Shown: positions 52,091 through 61,010 of the stretch, in pieces
How the letters are laid out: every line of letters starts with the position of its first letter
How positions within the stretch are numbered: the first letter of the stretch is position 1
From: Ignavibacteriota bacterium
GTDB lineage: Bacteria > Bacteroidota > Ignavibacteria > UBA10030 > BY39
Assembly (NCBI GenBank): GCA_003327435.1
Contig: QOQV01000004.1
Span: 130,467 to 194,466, forward strand
DNA: 64,000 nucleotides
Direction of reading: 5' to 3'
Notes under the pieces: model-generated
What the model saw: the letters and a program-made list of their open reading frames with translations, nothing else
Told to the model about the DNA's origin: nothing
The model's database searches: none
Made by a program: the position numbers and the translations under genes

Positions 52091-52846
52091 ATGGATAAAG
52101 AAAAATATCTGAATTCCATAATTAAAAAATACCAACCCGAACAGCAACCGGAAAAGTCTGAAACATTTAAACAGGTTTGCTCTTTGATAAAAAGTTGGGC
52201 TGGTGAAACTCTTCAATCTATAAATTTAGTGGGTGCGCACAGCAAAGGCACCAACATTTCAACTTCTAACGATGTTGATCTCTTAATTATTTTAGATTCG
52301 AAAACCTGTTTCGATTTAAAACAACTATACGATAACCTTTTCAGCTTTCTCACAATAGAAAAGTATTCCCCTTTTGAAAAAGAAATTTCAATTGGCATTA
52401 TACATTCCAAAACCTCATTTGACTTGATTGTATCTATGAGATCCTCAGAGAATATACAATTCATAAAAATTTTTAACAGGAAAAAGAATCTTTGTATTAA
52501 TACAAGTATCACGAAACATATTGATCTAATCAAAGCATCGGGATTAGTTCAGCAAATTATTTTGACAAAGATCTGGCGCGATATCAACAAATTATATTTT
52601 CCAGGAATCTACTTAGAACTTAGCGTTTTAGATGTACTCCGCTATAGAAAAAATGATTCCCTTGAGAAAAGCTTTTTATCAATTTTAGATTTTCTCTCAG
52701 AAGATTTTATAGATACACAGATAACTGATCCAGCTAATTCCAGCAATGTTATTTCAGATATTTTATCGGATGAGGAAAAATTGGAAATAGCGAAAACTGC
52801 ATCAAGAACCCGGAAATTAGCAAATTGGGAAGAAATTGTCTGGTAG
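52091..52846 (+). CDS. Pol-beta-superfamily nucleotidyltransferase with a C-terminal helical domain (CD-NTase/SMODS/OAS-like candidate)
   Basis: NTase motif GAHSKGTNISTSNDVDLLIILD (G[S/H]x9-13 DxD), and a later acidic residue in SFDLIV. The C-terminal ~140 aa are helical. The ATG lies 2 bp after the Yip1 stop. Confidence 0.6.
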   Translation: MDKEKYLNSIIKKYQPEQQPEKSETFKQVCSLIKSWAGETLQSINLVGAHSKGTNISTSNDVDLLIILDSKTCFDLKQLYDNLFSFLTIEKYSPFEKEISIGIIHSKTSFDLIVSMRSSENIQFIKIFNRKKNLCINTSITKHIDLIKASGLVQQIILTKIWRDINKLYFPGIYLELSVLDVLRYRKNDSLEKSFLSILDFLSEDFIDTQITDPANSSNVISDILSDEEKLEIAKTASRTRKLANWEEIVW

Positions 52847-52851
52847 TTGAA

Positions 52852-53394
52852 CTACTTCCATTTTATTGTACAACCAATAGAAAAAGTTTCTGGTACTTTT
52901 ACATCTTTACCTGCCAATAAAGCATCAACTGCATCTCTGAGGTAGTTTTCTTTAACTTTATCCGGTTCTTTCCAGTTATCATCCATTTTTCCTCTATATC
53001 TCAATTTTCTATCTTTGTCGAAAACAAAAAACTCGGGTGTATGTGTAGCACCAAATGCATTCGCTACAGATTGATCTTCATCGCGTAGGTAAATAAAATT
53101 AAAATTTTTCTTTTTTGCGTTTTTTACCATCTCTTCGTAATTATCTTCTGGATAATTAATTGTTTCGTTCGAATTAATTGCAACAAGCTGAACCCCTCGA
53201 GTAGCATAATCCTTCTGAAAAGATATCATACGATTTTCGTACGCCTGTACATAAGGACAATGATTACAGGAAAACACTATAACCAGAATTGGTTTATCTT
53301 TAAAATCCTCACTCGAGTAGTATTTACCGTCAACACCCAAGAGGTTTTTAAACTCTGGCATTTGGTCAAATGTTTTTAGATCAACTTTTTTCAT
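52852..53394 (-). CDS. thioredoxin-fold redoxin (AhpC/TSA-like)
   Basis: CxxC motif in VFSCNHCPYV. 180 aa. Confidence 0.7.
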   Translation of the reverse strand: MKKVDLKTFDQMPEFKNLLGVDGKYYSSEDFKDKPILVIVFSCNHCPYVQAYENRMISFQKDYATRGVQLVAINSNETINYPEDNYEEMVKNAKKKNFNFIYLRDEDQSVANAFGATHTPEFFVFDKDRKLRYRGKMDDNWKEPDKVKENYLRDAVDALLAGKDVKVPETFSIGCTIKWK

Positions 53395-53406
53395 ATTTTC
53401 TCCTTT

Positions 53407-54003
53407 CTATCTTTTTGTCCAGTTATCAAATAGTAATTTTAATTCTTTCTGCTTTATTTTCGATTTATTATAATCTCCTTTTTTTAATCTCTGTCGGAGT
53501 GCTTCGTAAAGTGAAACTGCACACGCAACTGAAACATTTAAGCTTTGAATCATACCATACATTGGAATTTTAAAATTCAAATCAGCCAATGTAGCAGCTT
53601 CAGAACTCACGCCCGTGTGTTCGTTTCCAAAAACGAAAGCTACTTTTTCGGTAAGATTTAAATCATAAAGCGACACAGATTCATCTGTGAGGTGAGTAGC
53701 ATAAATTTTAAATCCTTCATTACGCAGGTAATCATAGCATTCGCTAATCGACGAAAATTTTTGTTTATCAACCCATTTGAGTGCACTTGCAGAACTTTTT
53801 TTACCAAGCTTGGGAAATTCTTCAGTATTATAAACTAAAAAAACTTCTTTCACACCCACGGCATCAGCAGAACGGAGTATCGCACTTACATTATGTGGAT
53901 CATGAATGTTTTCAAGCACAACCGTCAGGTCCGGCTGACGGTGTTCTAAAACATATTTTATCTTTTCAGCTCTTCTCTCAGTTACTATACTGTGTCTTTT
54001 CAA
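53407..54003 (-). CDS. SpoU/TrmH-family RNA 2'-O-methyltransferase
   Basis: SPOUT fold motifs NVSAILRSADAVGV, FVFGNEHTGVS and PMYGMIQSLNVSVA. Confidence 0.8.
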   Translation of the reverse strand: MKRHSIVTERRAEKIKYVLEHRQPDLTVVLENIHDPHNVSAILRSADAVGVKEVFLVYNTEEFPKLGKKSSASALKWVDKQKFSSISECYDYLRNEGFKIYATHLTDESVSLYDLNLTEKVAFVFGNEHTGVSSEAATLADLNFKIPMYGMIQSLNVSVACAVSLYEALRQRLKKGDYNKSKIKQKELKLLFDNWTKR

Positions 54004-54895
54004 CTTTAATCTCCTGTAGCTCTTCTTTTTTAATCTGTAAAATTACAATAGCAGTTAAAACCAGAATGGCTCCTATCAATTGTATAAAATTCAAAATGTC
54101 TCCAAGTAAAACAAAAGATGAGACAATTGCAACAATTGGTTCAAATGTTCCTGTTATAATTGCTCTCGAAGGAGTGATATATCGCAATCCATTGAAATAC
54201 AATGTATGTGGAATAAGAACAGAAATAATTGCAAAAATAATAAAAACATACCAGCTTTGCATTCCTGGATATTTATCAAAGTATATTGCTGGATTATTTA
54301 TGAATAACCAGAAGATTGTTCCTCCGATAAACGAATATACAAGTGCAGTCCAGACAGAATATCTTTTAAGAATTATTTTCAGATACACATTAGCAAAAGC
54401 CCAGCAAAAAGCTGAAGCAACACCAGATAGCAATCCTACACGACTGATATTTTGAAAAGAAAAATCTTTGCCTCCAACCACAAGGTAACATCCGAAAATG
54501 GATAAAACAGCTGCAGATAATTTTATTAAATTCAGCGATTCCGATTTTGAAAATGCCGCATAGATAAAAACCAATAACGGTGCCATATATTGCATTAAAA
54601 TTGCAGTTGCAACATTGGTTTGTTGTATGGTGAAGTAATAAGTAAAATTTGAACCTGCAATTCCTATAATTCCAAGTAGTAGAAACATAAACAAATCTTT
54701 TGTTTCGACTTTCAGATACTCTCGCTTAAATAACAAAAAGTATGTGAACATCATTATTGCGGAAAATGTGACTCTTGTTTGAGCGATTTCAAGTGGTTGA
54801 ATGTTTTGTGAAAAAAGTATTTTTGCAATTGTAGCAGCAATACCCCAGAAAACTGTTGCAATTAAAATTAAAATATAACCCTTAAGGGATTTCAT
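53978..54895 (-). CDS. EamA/DMT-family transporter
   Basis: Ten TM helices in two EamA repeats. Confidence 0.75.
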   Translation of the reverse strand: MKSLKGYILILIATVFWGIAATIAKILFSQNIQPLEIAQTRVTFSAIMMFTYFLLFKREYLKVETKDLFMFLLLGIIGIAGSNFTYYFTIQQTNVATAILMQYMAPLLVFIYAAFSKSESLNLIKLSAAVLSIFGCYLVVGGKDFSFQNISRVGLLSGVASAFCWAFANVYLKIILKRYSVWTALVYSFIGGTIFWLFINNPAIYFDKYPGMQSWYVFIIFAIISVLIPHTLYFNGLRYITPSRAIITGTFEPIVAIVSSFVLLGDILNFIQLIGAILVLTAIVILQIKKEELQEIKVEKTQYSN

Positions 54896-55437
54896 TCTTC
54901 AGGTGTTTCGGTTTGGGATTCCTCTGAAAGTTTTCGGAAATATAAAGATTGGTCTTCGTCTCCAATTCTTTCATAAAGCTCTGAAAGTCGCTTATATAAC
55001 GGTGATGGATTTTTAACATACATCAGACCTTTTTTTAAAAACTCTATTAAATAATCAGCAGGTGGGATGTTTAAATCGGGTTCGTAACAGTTACTTGCAG
55101 CTATATAAGGTTCAAGTTCTTCTGGTTTAATATGGGATGCTTTAAAAAAATATTCAAGTGCAAGTTCATAATTATCAAACATCGAATAGGTAACTTCAAA
55201 AACTTTGGCGAGCCAGAGATATACATCATAAGCCATATTCGGGAAAACCTGAACAAGTTTTTCACCAAACAGGCAGAGTTCATCAGGCGTTAGAGAATTG
55301 TTCCAGAATAAAATCTTATACAAATCAAGATCTTCAATTTTACTTTCGAGAGCTGCTTCAAAAGCATCAAAGAGCTCGTTAAAGTCAGACGAATTGCTGA
55401 ATTTTTCTTTTATTTGATCTTTGGTAAATTTTGGCAT
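54892..55437 (-). CDS. hypothetical acidic helical protein
   Basis: 181 aa, no recognisable motif. Has a 4-bp overlap with the EamA gene. Confidence 0.45.
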   Translation of the reverse strand: MPKFTKDQIKEKFSNSSDFNELFDAFEAALESKIEDLDLYKILFWNNSLTPDELCLFGEKLVQVFPNMAYDVYLWLAKVFEVTYSMFDNYELALEYFFKASHIKPEELEPYIAASNCYEPDLNIPPADYLIEFLKKGLMYVKNPSPLYKRLSELYERIGDEDQSLYFRKLSEESQTETPEE

Positions 55438-55543
55438 TTAGCTATATCAACTCTGCTTAAAAAGCACAAATTTCACAGCTTTAACTTCACCAAAATAATA
55501 AAGTTTAAATATAAAGTCAAGCAGGAGCAAAAATATCCTTAAT

Positions 55544-57046
55544 TTACCTCAAATTAAGGATTTTTATACCTATCTTACCGGCTCTGTAACGCATTACCAA
55601 ATAATATACACCGCTTGCGAGCTCATCTCCATTTAAAACCAAAAAATACTCGCCTGGCAAATGAACACCATCTCTAAGAAGCTTAACTCTCTGACCCAAT
55701 GTGTTGTAAAGCTCTAACATTATGTATTGTTCCTTCTTGATCTGATATCTTACGAGTGAAATCCTGTTAAATGGATTCGGATAATTCTGTAAGATGGTAT
55801 TCTTCTCGGGTAATTCGACAACATATTGATCTTTCTTCTGGACTTTTTCAGCATAATTCTGGAACAAAGTACAGAATTTATTATCCTGCAAGCAGTTAAA
55901 CGAGTAATCATCAAAATAATCCGTACCTTCAAGTGAATATTGCCAGATTAAAATTCCATTTATCTGACTGCTGAGAATTTTTTTAAACAGCAAATCATAA
56001 AATAAAAATTTCATCTGGCGATATCCAGCTTCACCAATATACAATGGTTTACCAATTTCCGTTGATAAATCGATATGTTCATCCAGCCAGGAATTTTCAT
56101 ATGATAAACTCAACTTCCAGCTCTCTGGATAGTGATGAACGCTCGCAACATCTATTAATTGCGAATTGATATTTTTATAAAAAGAAACTCCTGCAGTGCC
56201 ATCTAAAAACCATTCTGGAAACAATCCTGTACTTTTGTAGTATTCATCTGTTACATCAAATCCCTCTTCTCCTGTTGAAAGCAGGTGATTTGTATCGTGT
56301 TCTTTTAAAAAGGCAGCCATTTCTTCAATCCAGTTATAAACAATCTCTCCAGTTAAATCAGATGAGCGAGGTTCATTTGCAAGTTCCCACATCATAATCG
56401 CCGGTTCATCTTTATAAAGTTTTTGAGTATAAATGTTTTCACGATTCAATATGCTCACAATATAATATTTAAACCACCCTCTAATTGTTGTGTTAGTGTA
56501 AAAATCGTCGTGAGTTAAATTTTCTGTAATGAAATATCTATATTTACGATTTCCTGTTCCAGTGATCCACACCTGATTTTCAATTTGATTTACTTTAGCA
56601 ATTGAGGAATCACCAACAAGCCACTTTACATACTGATTCATTCCGCCATAATCTTCCCAGTTGTTAACAAGTGGAATGATTAATTTGATGTTATATTGAC
56701 TTGCTTTAGATATTACAAAATCGAGTGCACGCATACCGTTTTCATGAATCCTCCCAGGATAGGATTGTATTACAGCAGGATTTGTAGTATCATCAGAATC
56801 AAAAAATCCCCAGGTTCGAATTACATTTACATTCATTTGCTTTGCATTTTCAAAAACTTCAATCACCTTCTGAGTATCTCCATAAGCAGCAAGATTTTGA
56901 AGATAATAACAATTGATGCCAACCGGGTAAAAAGGTTTATTGTTCAGGACAAAGTTAATTCCCGAAGTTCGAACAAAAGAATTCTCCTGAGAAAAAATCG
57001 GTAAACACAGAATCAAAAGTATTTTTAAGCTGTGAATAATCTTCAT
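55544..57046 (-). CDS. GH5 endo-beta-mannanase-like glycoside hydrolase with a T9SS C-terminal sorting domain
   Basis: Signal peptide. WELANEPR catalytic-acid motif typical of GH5 mannanases. C-terminus QNYPNPFNRISLVRYQIKKEQYIMLELYNTLGQRV is a T9SS sorting domain. Confidence 0.75.
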   Translation of the reverse strand: MKIIHSLKILLILCLPIFSQENSFVRTSGINFVLNNKPFYPVGINCYYLQNLAAYGDTQKVIEVFENAKQMNVNVIRTWGFFDSDDTTNPAVIQSYPGRIHENGMRALDFVISKASQYNIKLIIPLVNNWEDYGGMNQYVKWLVGDSSIAKVNQIENQVWITGTGNRKYRYFITENLTHDDFYTNTTIRGWFKYYIVSILNRENIYTQKLYKDEPAIMMWELANEPRSSDLTGEIVYNWIEEMAAFLKEHDTNHLLSTGEEGFDVTDEYYKSTGLFPEWFLDGTAGVSFYKNINSQLIDVASVHHYPESWKLSLSYENSWLDEHIDLSTEIGKPLYIGEAGYRQMKFLFYDLLFKKILSSQINGILIWQYSLEGTDYFDDYSFNCLQDNKFCTLFQNYAEKVQKKDQYVVELPEKNTILQNYPNPFNRISLVRYQIKKEQYIMLELYNTLGQRVKLLRDGVHLPGEYFLVLNGDELASGVYYLVMRYRAGKIGIKILNLR

Positions 57047-57051
57047 AAAAT

Positions 57052-58128
57052 CTATGCTTTAAATAGCGAAACGCCCTCAAGAATTCTGGCTTCTTTACCA
57101 TCGTGAAGCGCAAACTGGATTTTTCCGTAACTCCCACCGCTCCACATTGAAGCGCAACCATATTCACCTTTTTTGTTTATTGCATAAAATTTTACATTGT
57201 GTTTAAATCTACCTTTTTCATCTTTTAATCTTTTTTCACGGCATCTTTCATTTACTCTTTTACAGGCAAGCAAGCAGGCTTCTTCCGGTGATTTACCCTG
57301 ACGCATCCATTCAACAATCATCACTGAGCTGCAATTGAGTAAATTTGCTTCACCTCTTCCAGTGGAACCTGCAGCACCAACTTCGTTATCCACATATAAA
57401 CCAGCTCCAATAATTGGACTATCTCCGACTCTTCCAGGAATTTTAAACTGAAGTCCGCTTGTTGTTGTAACAACCGAAAGATTTCCACTTAAATCCAACG
57501 CACTACAATGGATTGTTCCGTAATGCCGATAGTATGATTTGATTATCTCACCAATATCATCGTCTTCGATGTTATGTGGTGGTAGCCAGTCGTCTTCTTT
57601 GCTTAGATTTTCTTTCCATTTCAACCATGCTTCACGAGCTTTATCTGTGAGCAGGTTTTCTTCTTTGAAGCCGTGAGCTTTTGCAAATTTAAGTGCGCCC
57701 TCACCAACTATCAGCACATGGTCGGTTCGTTCCATAACGAGTCGAGCAACCTTCGAAGGATTTTTAATATTTCGGAGCGAAGCTACAGCACCGGCTCGAT
57801 ACGAAGGACCGTGCATAACAGCGGCATCCAGTTCAACAACACCTTCTTCATTTGGAAGCCCGCCATAGCCGACAGTCATATCTTCAGGATCGTCCTCGTT
57901 GATGTTCACACCAGCAATAACAGCATCGAGGGCATCGCTGCCTGATTTAATCATTTCCATAGCTTTTTCTACTGCCTTGAGTCCGTTGGCACTTGCGATT
58001 ACAATCGGTTTAATCTCAGACGATTCGAGTTTTTCAATGGGAAACTTTGCAAAGCTTTTACTCACAACAGCACCTGCGCTGGCAAGAGCAGTAGCTCTTA
58101 AAAAATCACGCCTTTTGAGTGATTTCAT
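57052..58128 (-). CDS. Ntn-hydrolase isoaspartyl peptidase / glycosylasparaginase, Tat-exported
   Basis: Twin-arginine signal MKSLKRRDFLRATALASAGAVVS; asparaginase_2 family pattern. 358 aa. Confidence 0.75.
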   Translation of the reverse strand: MKSLKRRDFLRATALASAGAVVSKSFAKFPIEKLESSEIKPIVIASANGLKAVEKAMEMIKSGSDALDAVIAGVNINEDDPEDMTVGYGGLPNEEGVVELDAAVMHGPSYRAGAVASLRNIKNPSKVARLVMERTDHVLIVGEGALKFAKAHGFKEENLLTDKAREAWLKWKENLSKEDDWLPPHNIEDDDIGEIIKSYYRHYGTIHCSALDLSGNLSVVTTTSGLQFKIPGRVGDSPIIGAGLYVDNEVGAAGSTGRGEANLLNCSSVMIVEWMRQGKSPEEACLLACKRVNERCREKRLKDEKGRFKHNVKFYAINKKGEYGCASMWSGGSYGKIQFALHDGKEARILEGVSLFKA

Positions 58129-58183
58129 AAAGGTTCCTCGTTAATTTTTTATTAATGTAGAAAGAAGATGATTAAATATCAAG

Positions 58184-58930
58184 TTATTTTGTAGTTTTAC
58201 CACCCATTTTTGTAAGGACGCTATCTATCGCTTCCCAGAGTTCTATTTTGTTTCCTTCAATATCAAGTATATGTACAAATTTGCCATATTCATACATCTC
58301 AATACTATCAAGCAAAGTAACACCATTTGCTTTTAATTTTTGCACAAGTAAATCCAAATTTTGAACTCTGTAGTTAACCATAAACTCCTTTTTTGATGGT
58401 AAAAGATAATCGCTTTTTTTATCAAACGGACTCCATCTAAGATAATTTACCTCATCAGGTCTATTTGCATTTCTAAATTCAAACACCGAACCATAAGCAT
58501 CGATTTCAAGACCCAAATTTTTTCCATACCATTCTTTCAAACTCTGTGGATCATCTGAAAGGAAAAATATTCCACCAATACCTGTTACACGTGCAATTGT
58601 ATCATTTTTTGAAGTTGAACCATCAGTTTGAGCCTGACTGGTAAAATAGAAACTTGAAAACATAATAGAAATTATTATGATAGATGTTCTAAAAATTTTT
58701 GGTAGATAGAACCAGACAATCGAGTGGTCATTTTCTACGAGTTCCTCGGCTGTTTTGCGATTGCCATATTCTTCAGCAAGTTTACTTACTTCTTCTTCAA
58801 AAACATCAGAGAGGCGTTTAAGAAAAATTAGAGGTAGAATATAATCCTTGTATTTTGGTGCATCGATTGGACCGCGAATTTTACAGGCAGCTTCCCAGAG
58901 CCAGTTTTCAAGTGTTTTAATGTCGAGCAT
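58184..58930 (-). CDS. chimeric ORF: type I R-M HsdM N-terminal fragment (~80 aa) fused in-frame to a secreted VOC/glyoxalase-fold protein
   Basis: N-terminus MLDIKTLENWLWEAACKIRGPIDAPKYKDYILPLIFLKRLSDVFEEE matches the HsdM_N domain. From residue ~80 the sequence switches to a signal-peptide-like KIFRTSIIIISIMFSSFYFTSQAQ and a VOC-fold domain. An internal ATG lies at 58663. Confidence 0.6.
   Translation of the reverse strand: MLDIKTLENWLWEAACKIRGPIDAPKYKDYILPLIFLKRLSDVFEEEVSKLAEEYGNRKTAEELVENDHSIVWFYLPKIFRTSIIIISIMFSSFYFTSQAQTDGSTSKNDTIARVTGIGGIFFLSDDPQSLKEWYGKNLGLEIDAYGSVFEFRNANRPDEVNYLRWSPFDKKSDYLLPSKKEFMVNYRVQNLDLLVQKLKANGVTLLDSIEMYEYGKFVHILDIEGNKIELWEAIDSVLTKMGGKTTK
58690..58930 (-). pseudogene. 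hsdM: remnant of type I restriction-modification methyltransferase hsdM (N-terminal ~80 codons only)
   Basis: Only the HsdM_N helical region is present. There is no SAM-binding or catalytic (NPPF) region, and no hsdS or hsdR nearby. Confidence 0.6.
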
Positions 58931-59424
58931 AAATATTTCTTTAATATTCTTAATTTGCTATTTTATAAACAATTTTTTTCCAACTTCCAAATTATGAATT
59001 ATCAACACAACCCGTATACTCAGGGAAAATTTTTATGCTATTTATAAAAACCACCAACAACTCCAACAATATAATCTATACTCATTTCCGCCGTTTAGAA
59101 ACCCCGCTGGCTTCGACTCGCTCAGTCAGTGGCTCTTTTATATTCCTGTACACCTTTGCAAGTTGTGTAAGCAATTCTGGATATCCGTTGATTAAAGTTG
59201 ACTTCTTTCTCCGTCTCCAACACTGAACCTGATTTTCTCTAAAAAAGCATCCTCAACTCTTTCATATTCTTCATAATATACCAACTTCACAGATAAACAA
59301 CATTTTGTATAATTTCCACCTTCACCTGCTTGATATGATAACAAACGCAATTCAAAATATTTTGTACTAACTGTTGATAACTTTAATCAGCACACTGCAA
59401 ATATTCATATATACTTTAAAAATC

Positions 59425-59721
59425 TCAATAAAATTGGGTTATATCAAAGTACAATATTTTTTTTGTACCATCAGCAAGTTTCACTTCCATTTTATCATAA
59501 GTTTTCTCATCCACTCTCAGCAGCGACTGACTTTCCAATACCCAGTCACTATTCTGCCTTCCAAATTTTTTTGAGATATATTCATATTCAGCATATATCC
59601 CTTCCCAACTATCACTTGCGTCAAGTATTATTATGGCTTCTTCAATTGATTCACCACTTTTTTCAATAAATTTAACCATATATATCCCCTTTTTATTTAA
59701 TGTTACATTAAAAAAATACAA
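59425..59721 (-). CDS. small hypothetical protein (about 84–98 aa)
   Basis: Protein-like composition (MVKFIEKSGESIEEAIIILDASDSWEGIYAEYEYISKKFGRQ...). Two in-frame ATGs. No known motif. Confidence 0.4.
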   Translation of the reverse strand: MYFFNVTLNKKGIYMVKFIEKSGESIEEAIIILDASDSWEGIYAEYEYISKKFGRQNSDWVLESQSLLRVDEKTYDKMEVKLADGTKKILYFDITQFY

Positions 59722-59753
59722 AAAGTATCAAATACTCTGTGATGCTTTTATAT

Positions 59754-60215
59754 CTAATCCTCTAACTCATAGATATTTTGTGTTTCTCTTATCTCAGTAT
59801 GCCTTATTTTCCCACCTAAATTATTTGTGTTAACAAGCGAAACGATCACTGCCAGGCAGAACAGCAAAATTAGATAATATAAAATTTTAACATCCTTTTT
59901 TCTATTTATCAATAACACAACAAGAGAAATCAAGCCAAGTGCTATTGATAACCATAATGATACTTCGGCGGATTCTTCATGATAATGAATAAAACTTTTT
60001 GCCTCAGGATCAATTTTCAGGAGAACCTCTTCAGCTCCCTCGCCAGTAAAGAAAGCTGGTAAAGTCAACAATCCAACAACCACAAATGCAACGAGTGATG
60101 CATTTATAATAGATTTGTTTTTAAAAATCAATCCCCCTACGAGCAATAAAAAAGAAAAGATAAAACCAAAAACTGGGAGATGATTTACGATTAAATGCGA
60201 ATGTGCATCGTTCAT
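59754..60215 (-). CDS. membrane protein (DUF2231-like), 4 TM
   Basis: Hydrophobic helices and an HYHEE motif. 153 aa. Confidence 0.5.
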   Translation of the reverse strand: MNDAHSHLIVNHLPVFGFIFSFLLLVGGLIFKNKSIINASLVAFVVVGLLTLPAFFTGEGAEEVLLKIDPEAKSFIHYHEESAEVSLWLSIALGLISLVVLLINRKKDVKILYYLILLFCLAVIVSLVNTNNLGGKIRHTEIRETQNIYELED

Positions 60216-60233
60216 ATAAACAATTTAAAAATT

Positions 60234-61010
60234 TTATTTGACATAACACTGAGTTGCTGCACCAATTATATTGATAAACGAGTCGGCTTTCAGGCAGGCA
60301 CCGCCAACAAGTGCACCATCTATATCGCTTTGAGAAAGAAGGTCGTATGCATTCTGTGGGTTTACACTGCCACCATATTGAATGGTTAATCGTTCTGCTG
60401 TATCCCAGGAATAAAGTCGTGAGATTATTTTACGGATGAACTGGTGTACTTCGTTTGCCTGTTCGGGTGTAGCGTTCTTTCCGGTTCCGATAGCCCAGAC
60501 GGGTTCGTAGGCAATTATTATTTTGTTAATTTGTTCCTGAGTTAAACCCGAAAGTACTCCTTTGATCTGTGTTTCAATAATATTTTTTGTAACTTTGGAT
60601 TCTCTCCCTTCGAGGGTCTCGCCGACACAAATAATTGGAATTAAATTATAAAGAATTGCCTGTTTAACTTTTAGATTGATGAACTCGTTTGTTTCGGAGA
60701 AATACTGTCGTCTTTCGGAGTGGCCCAGTATCACATATTCGCAACCAATGCTTTTTAGCATTCTTGCCGAAATCTCGCCTGTGTATGCACCATCATCCTT
60801 GTGGTACATATTCTGAGCACCAAGCTTTATTGTCGAACCTTTAATAAGTCCACTTGCAATTACAAGCGATGTGAAAGGTGGACAGATAATTACATCAACA
60901 TTGTTTTTTGATAAGCCATTTAATCTGTCTTTGATTTCATTCACGAGTGAAACGGTTTCGTGAATATCTTTATTCATTTTCCAGTTGCCGGCAATTATTT
61001 TTTTTCTCAT
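60234..61010 (-). CDS. tpiA: triose-phosphate isomerase
   Basis: AYEPVWAIGTG active-site motif; QYGGSV phosphate-binding loop. Confidence 0.95.
   Translation of the reverse strand: MRKKIIAGNWKMNKDIHETVSLVNEIKDRLNGLSKNNVDVIICPPFTSLVIASGLIKGSTIKLGAQNMYHKDDGAYTGEISARMLKSIGCEYVILGHSERRQYFSETNEFINLKVKQAILYNLIPIICVGETLEGRESKVTKNIIETQIKGVLSGLTQEQINKIIIAYEPVWAIGTGKNATPEQANEVHQFIRKIISRLYSWDTAERLTIQYGGSVNPQNAYDLLSQSDIDGALVGGACLKADSFINIIGAATQCYVK

Noticed and set aside
52091-52846. Nucleotidyltransferase as an MNT-type toxin–antitoxin component or an AbiEii toxin
   Set aside because: MNT antitoxin NTases are ~100 aa and pair with a HEPN gene, and none is present. The AbiEii-type GGxAL…R.S.D.D motif arrangement and a partner AbiEi gene are absent. 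It is kept as a CD-NTase/SMODS-like candidate instead.
53781-54455. 224-aa plus-strand ORF
   Set aside because: It is antisense to the well-supported EamA and TrmH genes, has low-complexity, non-protein-like composition and no start context. It is a shadow ORF.
58931-59424. tRNA or other structured RNA gene in the long intergenic gap
   Set aside because: There is no cloverleaf-compatible segment (no GTTCGAATC-like T-arm, no acceptor-stem complementarity) and no recognisable Rfam-type motif by eye. The region is more consistent with decayed coding sequence.
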